Shown here in pieces: positions 1 through 9,238 of a stretch of 64,000 nucleotides of DNA (the stretch's first letter is position 1; every line of letters starts with the position of its first letter). Origin of the DNA: Candidatus Aminicenantes bacterium (GTDB taxonomy: Bacteria; Acidobacteriota; Aminicenantia; Aminicenantales; JAFGAV01); assembly GCA_963702835.1 (NCBI GenBank), contig OY969762.1, forward strand, positions 2,181,501 through 2,245,500. The letters are read 5' to 3'. The notes beneath the pieces are model-generated. The model made no database searches, was not told the DNA's origin, and was given only the letters and a program-made list of their open reading frames with translations. A program made the translations under genes and the position numbers.

Positions 1-3000
1 TGAGCAACCCGTCGTCGATGACCATGGCCGCCTGGACGATCCCGCGGAGTGGGGGCCAGTCTTTTTCGATGCGCCGGAACACCCGGCTCACATCGGTGCG
101 GTTGCTGATGTCGGCTTTCCAGACGCTCACCTTGGCCCCCAGCCGGCGGATACGGACCAGGCCGGCGCGGGCTTCATCCGTCGAGGCGCCCCGCCGGCTG
201 ACCAGGATAAGCCGCCGCGCCCCGTTTCGGGCCATCCATTCGGCCACGGCCAGGCCGAACCCGCCCAGGCCGCCCGCTACCAGGTAGCTGGCCCTGGAAT
301 CAAAACGGAGGAGAGGCCAATTCGTCTCGGGGACCGTTCGGACCTGGCCCAGCGACCTGGAAACCACAACCTTGCCCACATGGCGCGCCTGCGACATGTG
401 GCGAAAGGCGTTGACGATCTGATCGATGGGAAAGACCCGATGCGGCAAAGGAGACAGCTGGCCGTGCGCAACCCAATCCATGATCTGCTTCATTTGGGAA
501 ACCAGCAGGGCCGGCTTGTCCTGCATGGCCTGGGCCAGGTCAATGACAAACAGGGCGGCGTTGTTTCGCAGGGGACGCAGGCCGATCCGGCTGTTCTGGA
601 AAACATCCCGTTTTCCTATCTCCAGAAAGCGGCCGTAGGGCGAAAGAACGGACAGTCCCTGGACCAGGGCCTCTCCAGCCAGCGAATTGAGGACTACCTC
701 AACGCCGCGGCCGCCGGTCAGGCGGCGGACCTCATCGGCAAAGGTGAGCGACCGTGAATCCAGCACATGATGGACTCCCAGGGCGCGGAGCAGTTCACGC
801 TTCTCGGTGCTGCCGGCGGTGGCGAAAATTTCGGCTCCCGCCAGCCGGGCCAATTGCACCGCGGCCAGGCCGACACCGCCGGCGGCTGCCTGGATGAGCA
901 CTCGCTCGCCCCGTTTCAGTTGTCCGAGATGATGCAGGGCGTAACAGGCCGTCAAAAACGCGACCGGTACGGTGACGGCTTCTTCGAAGCTCAGGCCCGG
1001 CGGCTTGGGCCTCACCGCCGCCGCCGGCACCATCACCCGCGAAGCGAAGCAGCCCGAGCCGATGGCCACGACCTCCGCGCCGAGGCTCAAGCCCTTCACG
1101 CCCCGGCCTACCGCCGTCACCCGGCCGGCGCACTCGTCGCCGAGCAGCTGGTCCTCATCCTTCTCCGACGGATAGATGTGGAGCGCTTTCATCACGTCGC
1201 GAAAGTTGAGGGCCGCGGCCTGAACTTCGATTTCCACCTCGCCGGGCCCGGGTTTCCGGCGCGGGCGGGAGCGAAAGGCCAGATGGTCGAGCGTTCCACT
1301 GGCTGCCGTTTCCAGCCGGTAGCCTGGGGGCCGCCGCGCCGGTCCCGGCCGCGGCGGCCGGCGGACCTCGGAGAATTTGACCAACCGGCTCATATAGCGG
1401 TCGGACCCGCGGATGGCAACCTCGTCTTCGCTATCCTCGGACAGCAATTCGTCGAACAGAGCCTGCCTATCGTCCTCGTCCGCGGCCGGGCTGAGGTCGA
1501 TCAGCCGGCAGCGGAGGGAGGGCTGTTCATTGATCAGCACACGGCCCAACCCCCATAGCATCGATTGGGATAGGCTGACTTTCTGTCCGGGCCAAATGGC
1601 CTGGGCGCCGTTGGTAACCAGCCAAATTCTGACCGGTTCGGCGGCGCGGCCGGCGGCCAGAGCCTGGACCAGGTGCAAAACGGAGTGGCAGGCGAAGGAT
1701 TCTGCCCGGTCGAGCTGAGAGAGTCCGATATCGTCGAGCCCGTTCGCCTCCAGGGCCCAGCAATGGACGAACCGCGCTACCGGCCCGTCTCCGTTGGCCG
1801 ACAGGTCCGCCAGCAGCCGGGTCATATCGGCAGGCTCAGCGGCCCGAATCTCAAACCGGTCAGGACCGCGGCGCCGATATTCGGCCCCCGGGTTTACCAT
1901 GACCACTCGGTCAGCCCGGCCGCGCAATTTGCCGGCCAAGGCCTCGGCCGTGCCGCTTGAATCGGCAAAGACAACCCAAGCCGCAGCCTGCCTCGCTCGA
2001 GGAATTGCGGGCTGAGCGGTTAATGCATTTGCGGCGCTCGGGGCCCGGGCCAGGAAAACCCTATGGCACAGCCCGGACGATCCGCCGCCGGTCGGCGAGA
2101 CAGCTCGGCCGCCGGCAAAACCCAGCTCCCGGAGGAGGGCCAGCCAGCTGCCCTGGTCGAGCGCTGCCCTGGCGGGCTGGACAGCCTTGTCGGCGGGCAG
2201 CTGCCCGCCGTCCAGCAGGCCTGATACCAGAGAAAACCATCGGCCCGGCAGCTCGGTGTGGAGCATGATCAGAAGCCCTTGCCCAGCCAATAGCTGCCGG
2301 ACCTGGTTCAGCGTTTCGCGGAAGTCTGGACCGGCGGGCCGCGCCTGGGAAGCCAAAACGATATCAAACGAATGCGGCTCGAGTCCCTGTTCCGCGGACG
2401 GTGTCTCCAGGCCGAGCGTCCGGTATCGCACAAAAGGATAATCAAAAAACTTCTGTTCCGCCCGCTGGAAAAATTCGTCCGACTTATCGGTAAAGAAATA
2501 TTCGGTCCGCTCGGCGGGCAAGCGGGGCAGGACGTAGGCCGTCAGGCCGCCCGCCCCGGCGCCGACTTCGAGGATTCGCACCCTGCGCCCCGGCCCCAGC
2601 CTATCAACCACGGCCTCGACGGCTTCGGCCGCGAACAGGTTGTGATCCTGGAACACCCAGGAGTCTTGATAGAAATGTTCGATCAAAGGCCACCACTCGA
2701 TGGAAAAAAGAATGCTCCCCGGGTCGAGGCCGCCCCGCAAAACTCCGGCCAGCCGGCGCCCGCCAAGGCGCAGGAGGGCAAGCACCGGATAAGACGCCGG
2801 GAATCGGCGGAGTATCTTCCGCCAGAGGGAATCCGTGTCGGCCGGCGGGCCGGCCCGGCGCACGGTCCAGCCCGGCCCGGTCCGCTTCAGGATCCGATCT
2901 TCCTCGAGGTACTGTAAGAATCGCCCGGCGGCCTGCCTCTGCCCGGCCACGATGCCCAATTCCTCCATCCAGGGACCCGGCTGGAGGCGCTGTCCGAGGC

Positions 3001-6000
3001 GCAGTTCTCCCCCCAGTTGCCGGAACGCATCAAGGATATAGTGCCGACAGAGAACGTCCAAGTCCGGCACCGCTTCGGCCAGCCGCTCGCTGAGCCGGGT
3101 GTGCGCTTCACGGCGGCGGGCCAGCCGCTCCAGCCGACCGGCGATCTCGTTCAGGCCGGCGGTCTGGCGCTTGGGGAGCGGCCGGGCTTGGGATTGAGGC
3201 AAGGGGCAGGGTTGCCACACGTTTTCGTAAAGCCAGTCGTCCAGGCCGGCCGAGGTTTCTCGCCGGGCGGGCGCGGCGGCCCGGCAATGGAACCCCTCCA
3301 CCGCCATCAGAACCTGTCCCTCCTCATCGAGGAGGTGGATGTCGCCGACGATGAGGCGGGCTGCCCGGCGAACCAAGCGCGCATGGCTCCAGGCCGGCCG
3401 GCCGGCTCCGGCGTACCATTGAAGGCGCTCAATTTGGACCGGCAAGTAAAGGGCGTATCCATCCGGGTTCTCCGGCAATGCCGCGGACAACACCTGGAAA
3501 CAGGCATCCAGCAGCGCCGGGTGAATGACGTATTTGAGCTGCTCGCTTTCAAGATGGGCGGGGAGTTGCAGGCGGCCGATGGCCTCATCCTTGCCCCGCC
3601 AAGCGGCGGCAATTCCCTGGAAGGCCGGGCCGAAGCTGAGGCCGGCCTCCCTGAATCGCCGATAAATCAAATCCGGGGGGATATCCCGGGAGCAGCGTTT
3701 TCGAATTTGGGCGACAGCCTCGGCCGGGGCCGGAACCGAATTGGGGAGCGGTCGGAGGCGGCCGCTGGCATGCTCAACCCACTCAGCGCCGGTCTTGGCC
3801 GGACAGCTGGAGATGGTAAAGGTAGATTCCTGGGGCCGGTAGGTCAGTTGCAGGCGGAGCGGATCTTCGCCTTCCGGAAACATCAAGGCTTTGTGAAAAT
3901 CCATCTCCTCCAGACTGATGGCGAGCGACCCGGAAACCGCCCGGCCGGCCGCCAGGGCCATATCCACGTAAGCAGCGGCCGGCATGACGACGCGTCCCAG
4001 CACTCGATGATCTTGGAAGGTGTTCAGGCTGTCTTTGTCAAGCCAACTCTGCCAGGTGGGTTGGGCCGCCGGCAGTTTATGCTCCAGCAAGGGATGGAGG
4101 GGCGGGTTCAGTCGGGCCTCCCGGCACTCCCCCGCTTCGCTCCAGTAGTGCGCCTGCTGCCAGGGGTAAGTGGGCAGGTCGGCCATTTCCGCTCCGGGGA
4201 ACACTCCCCGCCAATCGACACGGCAGCCGAGCGTATGGAGCGCGCCCAAAGAGCCGAGCAGGGTCAACCGCTCGTTCTCCTGGCGGCGCAGGGAGGGCAA
4301 CACCGTCCCCGTGAGGGAATGGTGAGCCAGGCATTCGGAAATTGAGCCGGACAGCACCGGATGGGGGCTCAATTCGAGAAAAACGCGATAGCCCCGCTCG
4401 AGGAGCGCCTCTATGGCCGGTCCAAACTGGACGGTTCGGCGGATGTTTTCCCACCAATAGGCCCGTCCGAAATCACCCTGGCCGGCTTCCCTCCCCCCTA
4501 CCGTGGAAAACAACGGTACCTCCGGGCGATGGACTTCGAGTTCGCGCAGCGAGGTCAAAAAGTGGTCACGGACCGGGTCCATCTGCTGACTGTGGAAAGC
4601 ATGCCGGACATTGAGAAAACGGCAGAAGACCTGGCGCTTCTCCAGCGTTTCAGCGATGGCCTCGAGAACCCGGCCGTCTCCGGACAGGGTGACTGAGTTC
4701 GGGCTGTTGACGGCAGCCAACGACACCCGCTCCGCGTAGGGGGCGATGATGCGGACGGCCTCCTCGCCGTCCAGGTCGGCGGCCAGCATCCGGCCCTGCC
4801 CGCCCCAGGCTTCCATCGAGCGGGCCCGTTCGTAGATCGCATAAGCGGCATCCTCCAGAGTCAGAAGGCCGGCCACCTGGGCGGCCGCCGCTTCTCCCAC
4901 GCTGTGCCCGACCACTGCCGCCGGCTGGATTCCCCAGGACCGGCACAGCGCGGCCAGGCCCACCTGCAGCGCGAATATGGCCGGCTGGGCAATGGCCGTG
5001 CTGGCCAATCGGGACGACGCTTCATCCCGCATCAGTTCTTCCATCAGCGACCAGCCGCCGAGCTTGGCCAGGAGCCGGTCACAGTCCTCCAGAACCCGGC
5101 GAAAGACAGGTTCCTGGGCCAGTAGTTGCCGGCCCATAGCCCACCATTGCGGGCCTTGGCCGGAAAACACAAACACCGGTTGAGGGTTGTAGTCTTCGGC
5201 CGGGCTGCCGTTATAAGTTCCCGGCCGGCTTTCCTCCTTCACGAACCCCTTGATCGATTCGATCAGCTCCTGGCGGTTTGCCGCAGCGAGGGCCAGCCGA
5301 TGGCGATGGTGGGTCCGCCGGTCGCCGGCTGTATAACAGATGTCGTCTAGAGAGAAACCGGACCCGTTGCCGGCTCCTTCCAGATAACTCTGGTAGGTCT
5401 GGGCCGTGGCGCGCAGAGCTTCCGGGCTTCGGGCCGAAAGAGCCAGCAGCACCGGCCGGCCCGATTCGGGCTGGCGGACCGCGGCGCGCCGGCCCGGGGG
5501 AGGGGCTTCCAGGATGGCGTGAGCGTTCGTGCCGCCGAACCCGAACGAGTTGATGCCCGCCAACAACCTCCGCTCAGGATGCGGAAACGGCTCCAGCCTC
5601 GTGGGGACCCGCAGTTTCAGTCCGCTGAAGTCGATGTTGGGGTTCGGATTCTTAAAATGCAGGTTGGGAGGTATCTGCCGGTGCTTTAACATCAGCGCCA
5701 GCTTGATCAGTCCGGCCAGCCCGGCCCCCGCTTCCAGGTGGCCGATATTGGTTTTGACCGAGCCGATAAGACAGGGATTGTCCGGGGCCCGGCCGGTTCC
5801 CAGCGCATCGCCCAGGGCCTGGGCCTCGATCGGGTCACCCACGGCGGTGCCGGCGCCATGGGCTTCGACGTACTGAATCTCGGCGGGATCGAGGCCGGCC
5901 TGGCGGCAAGCGTCGATGATCAGCTCCCGCTGGGCGGCCCGGCTGGGAACCGTGATGCCGCCGGTTCGCCCATCCTGGTTGACGGCCGTCGCCAGAATGA

Positions 6001-6793
6001 CGGCGTAGATCGGATCGCCGTCCTTCTGGGCGGCCTGGAGCGGCTTGAGCAAGACTACGCCGACGCCCTCGCCGCGCACGAACCCGTTGGCCGCCGCGTC
6101 GAAGGCCTTGCACCGGCCGTCGGGCGAAAGCATCGACATCCGGCTGAACGAAATGAAGGGCGTGAACCCCAGCAGGGCGTTGACGCCCCCGACCAGGGCG
6201 GCCGGGCATTCGCCGCTTCTCAGGCTTTGACAGGCCAGGTGCAGCGCCACCAGCGAAGACGAGCAGGCGGTGTCCACGGCTAGGCTGGGGCCCGACAGGT
6301 TCAGGCAATAGGAAATACGGTTGGCGGCAATGCTCAGGACGCTGCCCGTGGTGGTGTAGATGTCGATCATGTTGAAATCGTGCAGCGTCGACTGCATCAG
6401 CGAATAGTCGTTTGTGGAAATGCCGACGAAGACGCCCACGGACGATTTTTTTCCGGAAGGCAGAACTTGGCCGCCGTCTTCCAGCGCCTCCCAGGCGGCT
6501 TCCAGCAGCAGACGCTGCTGGGGATCCATCGACTCAGCCTCCCGGGGAGAAATCGAGAAGAAGGCCGGGTCGAACTGCCCGATGTCATCGATAAACCCGC
6601 CCCAGCGGGCATTGGTCTTGCCGGCCCGGCCTGGCGCCGGGTCGTAATAAGCCTGGATATTCCACCGGTCGGGCGGGATTTCGGTGATGCCATCGGCGCC
6701 GGAGCACAAAGCTTGCCAAAAGGCCGCCGGATTTTTGGCCCCGCCGGGAAACCGGCAGCCAATGCCGACGATGGCGATCGGATCTACAGTCAT
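1..6793 (-). CDS. Type I polyketide synthase, N-terminal ~2264 codons (KS-AT-DH-cMT-ER-KR); gene continues past the left window edge
   Basis: Absent from the ORF track (no stop in window). Hand translation of the minus strand from ATG 6793..6791 gives MTVDPIAIVGIGCRFPGG. In-frame motifs: KS VDTACSSSL (Cys codon 6265..6263), AT GHSVGE (Ser 4903..4901), DH HRVLGRVVMP (His 4009..4007), SAM-MT ILEVGAGAGG (2575..2546), ER LIQAAAGGVGLAAVQLA (898..848), KR YLVAGGLGGFGLAVA (286..242). All share the frame of 6793, and no listed minus ORF uses that frame. Confidence 0.9.
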   Translation of the reverse strand, partial: MTVDPIAIVGIGCRFPGGAKNPAAFWQALCSGADGITEIPPDRWNIQAYYDPAPGRAGKTNARWGGFIDDIGQFDPAFFSISPREAESMDPQQRLLLEAAWEALEDGGQVLPSGKKSSVGVFVGISTNDYSLMQSTLHDFNMIDIYTTTGSVLSIAANRISYCLNLSGPSLAVDTACSSSLVALHLACQSLRSGECPAALVGGVNALLGFTPFISFSRMSMLSPDGRCKAFDAAANGFVRGEGVGVVLLKPLQAAQKDGDPIYAVILATAVNQDGRTGGITVPSRAAQRELIIDACRQAGLDPAEIQYVEAHGAGTAVGDPIEAQALGDALGTGRAPDNPCLIGSVKTNIGHLEAGAGLAGLIKLALMLKHRQIPPNLHFKNPNPNIDFSGLKLRVPTRLEPFPHPERRLLAGINSFGFGGTNAHAILEAPPPGRRAAVRQPESGRPVLLALSARSPEALRATAQTYQSYLEGAGNGSGFSLDDICYTAGDRRTHHRHRLALAAANRQELIESIKGFVKEESRPGTYNGSPAEDYNPQPVFVFSGQGPQWWAMGRQLLAQEPVFRRVLEDCDRLLAKLGGWSLMEELMRDEASSRLASTAIAQPAIFALQVGLAALCRSWGIQPAAVVGHSVGEAAAAQVAGLLTLEDAAYAIYERARSMEAWGGQGRMLAADLDGEEAVRIIAPYAERVSLAAVNSPNSVTLSGDGRVLEAIAETLEKRQVFCRFLNVRHAFHSQQMDPVRDHFLTSLRELEVHRPEVPLFSTVGGREAGQGDFGRAYWWENIRRTVQFGPAIEALLERGYRVFLELSPHPVLSGSISECLAHHSLTGTVLPSLRRQENERLTLLGSLGALHTLGCRVDWRGVFPGAEMADLPTYPWQQAHYWSEAGECREARLNPPLHPLLEHKLPAAQPTWQSWLDKDSLNTFQDHRVLGRVVMPAAAYVDMALAAGRAVSGSLAISLEEMDFHKALMFPEGEDPLRLQLTYRPQESTFTISSCPAKTGAEWVEHASGRLRPLPNSVPAPAEAVAQIRKRCSRDIPPDLIYRRFREAGLSFGPAFQGIAAAWRGKDEAIGRLQLPAHLESEQLKYVIHPALLDACFQVLSAALPENPDGYALYLPVQIERLQWYAGAGRPAWSHARLVRRAARLIVGDIHLLDEEGQVLMAVEGFHCRAAAPARRETSAGLDDWLYENVWQPCPLPQSQARPLPKRQTAGLNEIAGRLERLARRREAHTRLSERLAEAVPDLDVLCRHYILDAFRQLGGELRLGQRLQPGPWMEELGIVAGQRQAAGRFLQYLEEDRILKRTGPGWTVRRAGPPADTDSLWRKILRRFPASYPVLALLRLGGRRLAGVLRGGLDPGSILFSIEWWPLIEHFYQDSWVFQDHNLFAAEAVEAVVDRLGPGRRVRILEVGAGAGGLTAYVLPRLPAERTEYFFTDKSDEFFQRAEQKFFDYPFVRYRTLGLETPSAEQGLEPHSFDIVLASQARPAGPDFRETLNQVRQLLAGQGLLIMLHTELPGRWFSLVSGLLDGGQLPADKAVQPARAALDQGSWLALLRELGFAGGRAVSPTGGGSSGLCHRVFLARAPSAANALTAQPAIPRARQAAAWVVFADSSGTAEALAGKLRGRADRVVMVNPGAEYRRRGPDRFEIRAAEPADMTRLLADLSANGDGPVARFVHCWALEANGLDDIGLSQLDRAESFACHSVLHLVQALAAGRAAEPVRIWLVTNGAQAIWPGQKVSLSQSMLWGLGRVLINEQPSLRCRLIDLSPAADEDDRQALFDELLSEDSEDEVAIRGSDRYMSRLVKFSEVRRPPRPGPARRPPGYRLETAASGTLDHLAFRSRPRRKPGPGEVEIEVQAAALNFRDVMKALHIYPSEKDEDQLLGDECAGRVTAVGRGVKGLSLGAEVVAIGSGCFASRVMVPAAAVRPKPPGLSFEEAVTVPVAFLTACYALHHLGQLKRGERVLIQAAAGGVGLAAVQLARLAGAEIFATAGSTEKRELLRALGVHHVLDSRSLTFADEVRRLTGGRGVEVVLNSLAGEALVQGLSVLSPYGRFLEIGKRDVFQNSRIGLRPLRNNAALFVIDLAQAMQDKPALLVSQMKQIMDWVAHGQLSPLPHRVFPIDQIVNAFRHMSQARHVGKVVVSRSLGQVRTVPETNWPLLRFDSRASYLVAGGLGGFGLAVAEWMARNGARRLILVSRRGASTDEARAGLVRIRRLGAKVSVWKADISNRTDVSRVFRRIEKDWPPLRGIVQAAMVIDDGLL

Positions 6794-6917
6794 ATTCGGA
6801 ACATCAACTTTTTTGGGGAGCGCGGTTCCGGCCCGGCACTAAAAAATGAATTTGTTTTTCGGCGGCGAAGGCCGCGCGCCTCTTCGCTACGATGGGGCCA
6901 CTCTCCGGTCAGAACAG

Positions 6918-6947
6918 ATAGTAGCCCATGGCCAAAAGGGATGTCAA
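6918..6947 (-). promoter_or_regulatory. Putative sigma70-type promoter of the PKS gene
   Basis: Read on the minus strand: TTGACA (6947..6942), 18 nt spacer, TACTAT (6923..6918), about 125 nt upstream of the PKS ATG. Pattern match only. Confidence 0.3.
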
Positions 6948-6967
6948 CTTGAGTCAGGGAATAGTGA

Positions 6968-7264
6968 CTCCTGACTCATGCGGTCTTCGCCTCGGTGTGG
7001 GGCTATCCCGTGGGGAAAGCCTTTTTGCAGAAAAAGGCGCTCTTCCTGCCCGCCCTGGCCGGCATCCTTCTGGCCGGGCTCTGCCACGGGCTGTTCAACT
7101 TTCTCACCGCATCCCCTAAATTGTGTTTGTTGGGAGCCCTGCTTATCCTGGGCTTGTGGATGTGGGTCATCGTCAAGCTGGAAGGCCACAAGAGGAAAAA
7201 AAGGCCTGCTCGAGCCGGGAAAAAAAATTCGACAAATCAGAATCTTCTAGAGAACAAGCCATAA
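6968..7264 (+). pseudogene. 3' remnant of a PrsW-like membrane protease gene (or small membrane protein)
   Basis: The frame opens after TGA 6965..6967 and translates as LLTHAVFASVWGYPVGKAF...LAGLCHGLFNF followed by a TM helix and a basic tail. This resembles the last two His-containing motifs of PrsW-family proteases. The N-terminal two thirds are missing and the only start is GTG 6995. Confidence 0.35.
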
Positions 7265-7408
7265 TTAATTGAAACAATTGAAATTAGATCCCCCTATAAA
7301 AATATAGTTTTAGCTGCGAGATATTTATAAGATAAAACTAGTTTTATTAATTGATTAATATTCAATAACTTATGCCTGAATTCCGGCCGTGCCGGCCTTC
7401 TCCTGCAT

Positions 7409-7438
7409 TTGACTCGACTTTTTAAAATGTGCTATAAG
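7409..7438 (+). promoter_or_regulatory. Putative extended -10 sigma70 promoter upstream of the JAB gene
   Basis: TTGACT (7409..7414), 18 nt spacer, TGcTATAAG (-10 at 7433..7438), inside the AT-rich tract 7265..7510. Confidence 0.4.
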
Positions 7439-7519
7439 CAAGGCCCGTTCCTGAGCGATTCATACAGGGGAAGAATGAACGTCTTTAACTCATTCATTAG
7501 AAATAGTTTATATAAGTAG

Positions 7520-7966
7520 GTGCGGAATAGAGAGCGTTCGGTGACAAGACTCATTATAAACGCCAAGGACCTCCATCGGTTCAAGAGGCGCGCCAGCCGC
7601 GGCTACCCCCGAGAACTCTACGGCATCCTGCTGGGCAAGAAATTGCAGAACAGCACCTTCAAGATTCTCCGCATTGCCATCCCCCCCATCAAAGAATCCA
7701 CTTATGATTATGTCATCCCCGACTATAAAGAAATCAACCGCATCATCTCCCAGAGCGGCCTTCAGTATATCGGCTCCATCCATTCCCATCCCCAGGCCCC
7801 GCCGACGATGTCCTATCATGACTATATCTATTGGGACAATGAAAAAATTATCGGCATCCTGAGCGTCCGCAAGCGCAATGCCTACAAAGTCACCGAGCTC
7901 AAATTCTGGAAGAAAAACTCTCCCCTGCCGGTGAAATTCAAGACGTTCATCCCGGGGGAAAATTGA
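7520..7966 (+). CDS. JAB/MPN (JAMM) domain metalloprotease, stand-alone
   Basis: 148 aa ORF. Conserved Glu in PRELYGILLG, and GSIHSHPQAPPTMSYHD matches the HxHx7Sx2D JAMM zinc motif. Start is GTG 7520 (alternative GTG 7541). Visibly less GC-rich than its neighbours. Confidence 0.75.
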   Translation: MRNRERSVTRLIINAKDLHRFKRRASRGYPRELYGILLGKKLQNSTFKILRIAIPPIKESTYDYVIPDYKEINRIISQSGLQYIGSIHSHPQAPPTMSYHDYIYWDNEKIIGILSVRKRNAYKVTELKFWKKNSPLPVKFKTFIPGEN

Positions 7967-8030
7967 GCTCCTCCTCGTAGCTTTTCTTTTTTCCAGCCAA
8001 TCCATCAAGAAGGGCGAGGATCCTCAAACA

Positions 8031-8077
8031 GCGCGTTCCCACCCGCCCGCAGCGCATAGTGCCGGGTGGGGACGCGC
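8031..8077. terminator. Long hairpin between convergent genes (possible bidirectional terminator)
   Basis: GCGCGTTCCCACCCG (8031..8045) pairs with CGGGTGGGGACGCGC (8063..8077), 15 bp with 1 mismatch. It lies between the JAB stop (7966) and the ABC permease stop (8126). There is no clean T-tract. Confidence 0.35.
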
Positions 8078-8125
8078 TGTGCCCCTCCTCTCCAAATAGA
8101 GGATGATTAGAGATGCGAAGGGAGC

Positions 8126-9238
8126 CTACCTGGAGATGAACCTCTTGAAATTCAGGAGCGAAAGCGAGGTCAGGACCAGAGCGATGCCGCCCAAGGCCAG
8201 AAGGTCCGGCCAGAAGTAAGCCGGCCCGTTTCCCTTGAGGAATATCTCCCGGATAATTTTGATCAGGTAGCGGAGGGGGTTGATATCGGTCAGGACCGCC
8301 AGCGCCGGAGCCCTGGCCTTGATGCTCTCCAGCGGGGTAAAAAATCCGCTGAGCAGGAGGAACAGAATCAGGGAGAACCAGGTGAAGAACATGGCCTGCG
8401 ACTGGTTGACCACCACCGTGGAGATGATCAGGGCGTAAGACAGGATGGCCGCCAGGTACAGCAGCGAGGCCAGGAAAAGATAGAGGACGCTCCCCCGCAG
8501 GGGGATGCGGAACCAGAGGATGACCACGGCGATGCCCAGCATCATATCCACCAGGCCGATGAGCACGGCCGGCAAGGCTTTGCCGGCATAGATCTCCAAT
8601 GGTTTCAAGCGGGACATGAGCAGGGTGTCCATAGTGTGCTGCTCGCGTTCCCGGACAAAGGAAAAGGCGGTGATGAACATGGACAGCACGGTCAGCAGGA
8701 GAGCCACGATGCCCGGCCCCATGGTGTTAATACTCCTCAGCCGGGGGTTGTAACGGATGAGTGTCTTGGCCTCCACCGGCATCTGCAGACCGACTCGCCG
8801 GAGCTGCGCCTGGAGGTAACCCTTGATGATCCCGTTGACGTAGCCGGCGGCGATCTGGGAGGAGTTGGCGTCGATGCCGTCCATCAGGATATGGATTTCG
8901 GGGAACGTCCAGCCCAAGCCACCCCGGCTGGGAGCATCGCGGAACTCGACCACGGCCCGGACCCGGCCCCGCCGCAGCACTTCCTCGGCATCCACGGGCC
9001 GGCCGGAAACGCTGACAATCCGGAACAGGGGGCTGGCCCGCAGGCGGGCCACAATCTCGCTGGCCGCTCGGGAGCTCGACAGGTTTACCACCTCCACCGG
9101 CACGTTCTTCACGTCGGTGGTGATGACGTAGCCCAGGATGACAATCTGGATGAGCGGGGCCAGGAACAGCAGAACCAGGAGCTCGCGCTGGCGGACGATC
9201 TCCAGGATTTCCTTCTTGACCAGATAGAACAGCCTCAC
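8126..9238 (-). CDS. ABC-2 type transporter permease (YbhR/YbhS-like)
   Basis: 370 aa with one N-terminal TM helix, a large loop and a C-terminal cluster of TM helices, typical of ABC-2 permeases. 4-nt overlap with the upstream permease gene. Confidence 0.85.
   Translation of the reverse strand: MRLFYLVKKEILEIVRQRELLVLLFLAPLIQIVILGYVITTDVKNVPVEVVNLSSSRAASEIVARLRASPLFRIVSVSGRPVDAEEVLRRGRVRAVVEFRDAPSRGGLGWTFPEIHILMDGIDANSSQIAAGYVNGIIKGYLQAQLRRVGLQMPVEAKTLIRYNPRLRSINTMGPGIVALLLTVLSMFITAFSFVREREQHTMDTLLMSRLKPLEIYAGKALPAVLIGLVDMMLGIAVVILWFRIPLRGSVLYLFLASLLYLAAILSYALIISTVVVNQSQAMFFTWFSLILFLLLSGFFTPLESIKARAPALAVLTDINPLRYLIKIIREIFLKGNGPAYFWPDLLALGGIALVLTSLSLLNFKRFISR

Noticed and set aside
7520-7966. 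JAB protease as part of a CBASS (Cap3), Bil-type ubiquitin-like, or phage-tail-associated system.
   Set aside because: No cyclase, E1/E2, Ubl, effector or phage structural genes lie within at least 5 kb on either side. The neighbours are a PKS and an ABC exporter. It is kept only as an orphan JAB.
8040-8062. Similarity between CCCACCCGCCCGCAGCGCATAG here and CCCACCCGCGCGCAGCTTTGCATAG at about 54829..54855, as a possible third repeat family.
   Set aside because: Only short interrupted matches in GC-rich sequence were found. This is not enough to distinguish from chance without a genome-wide count.
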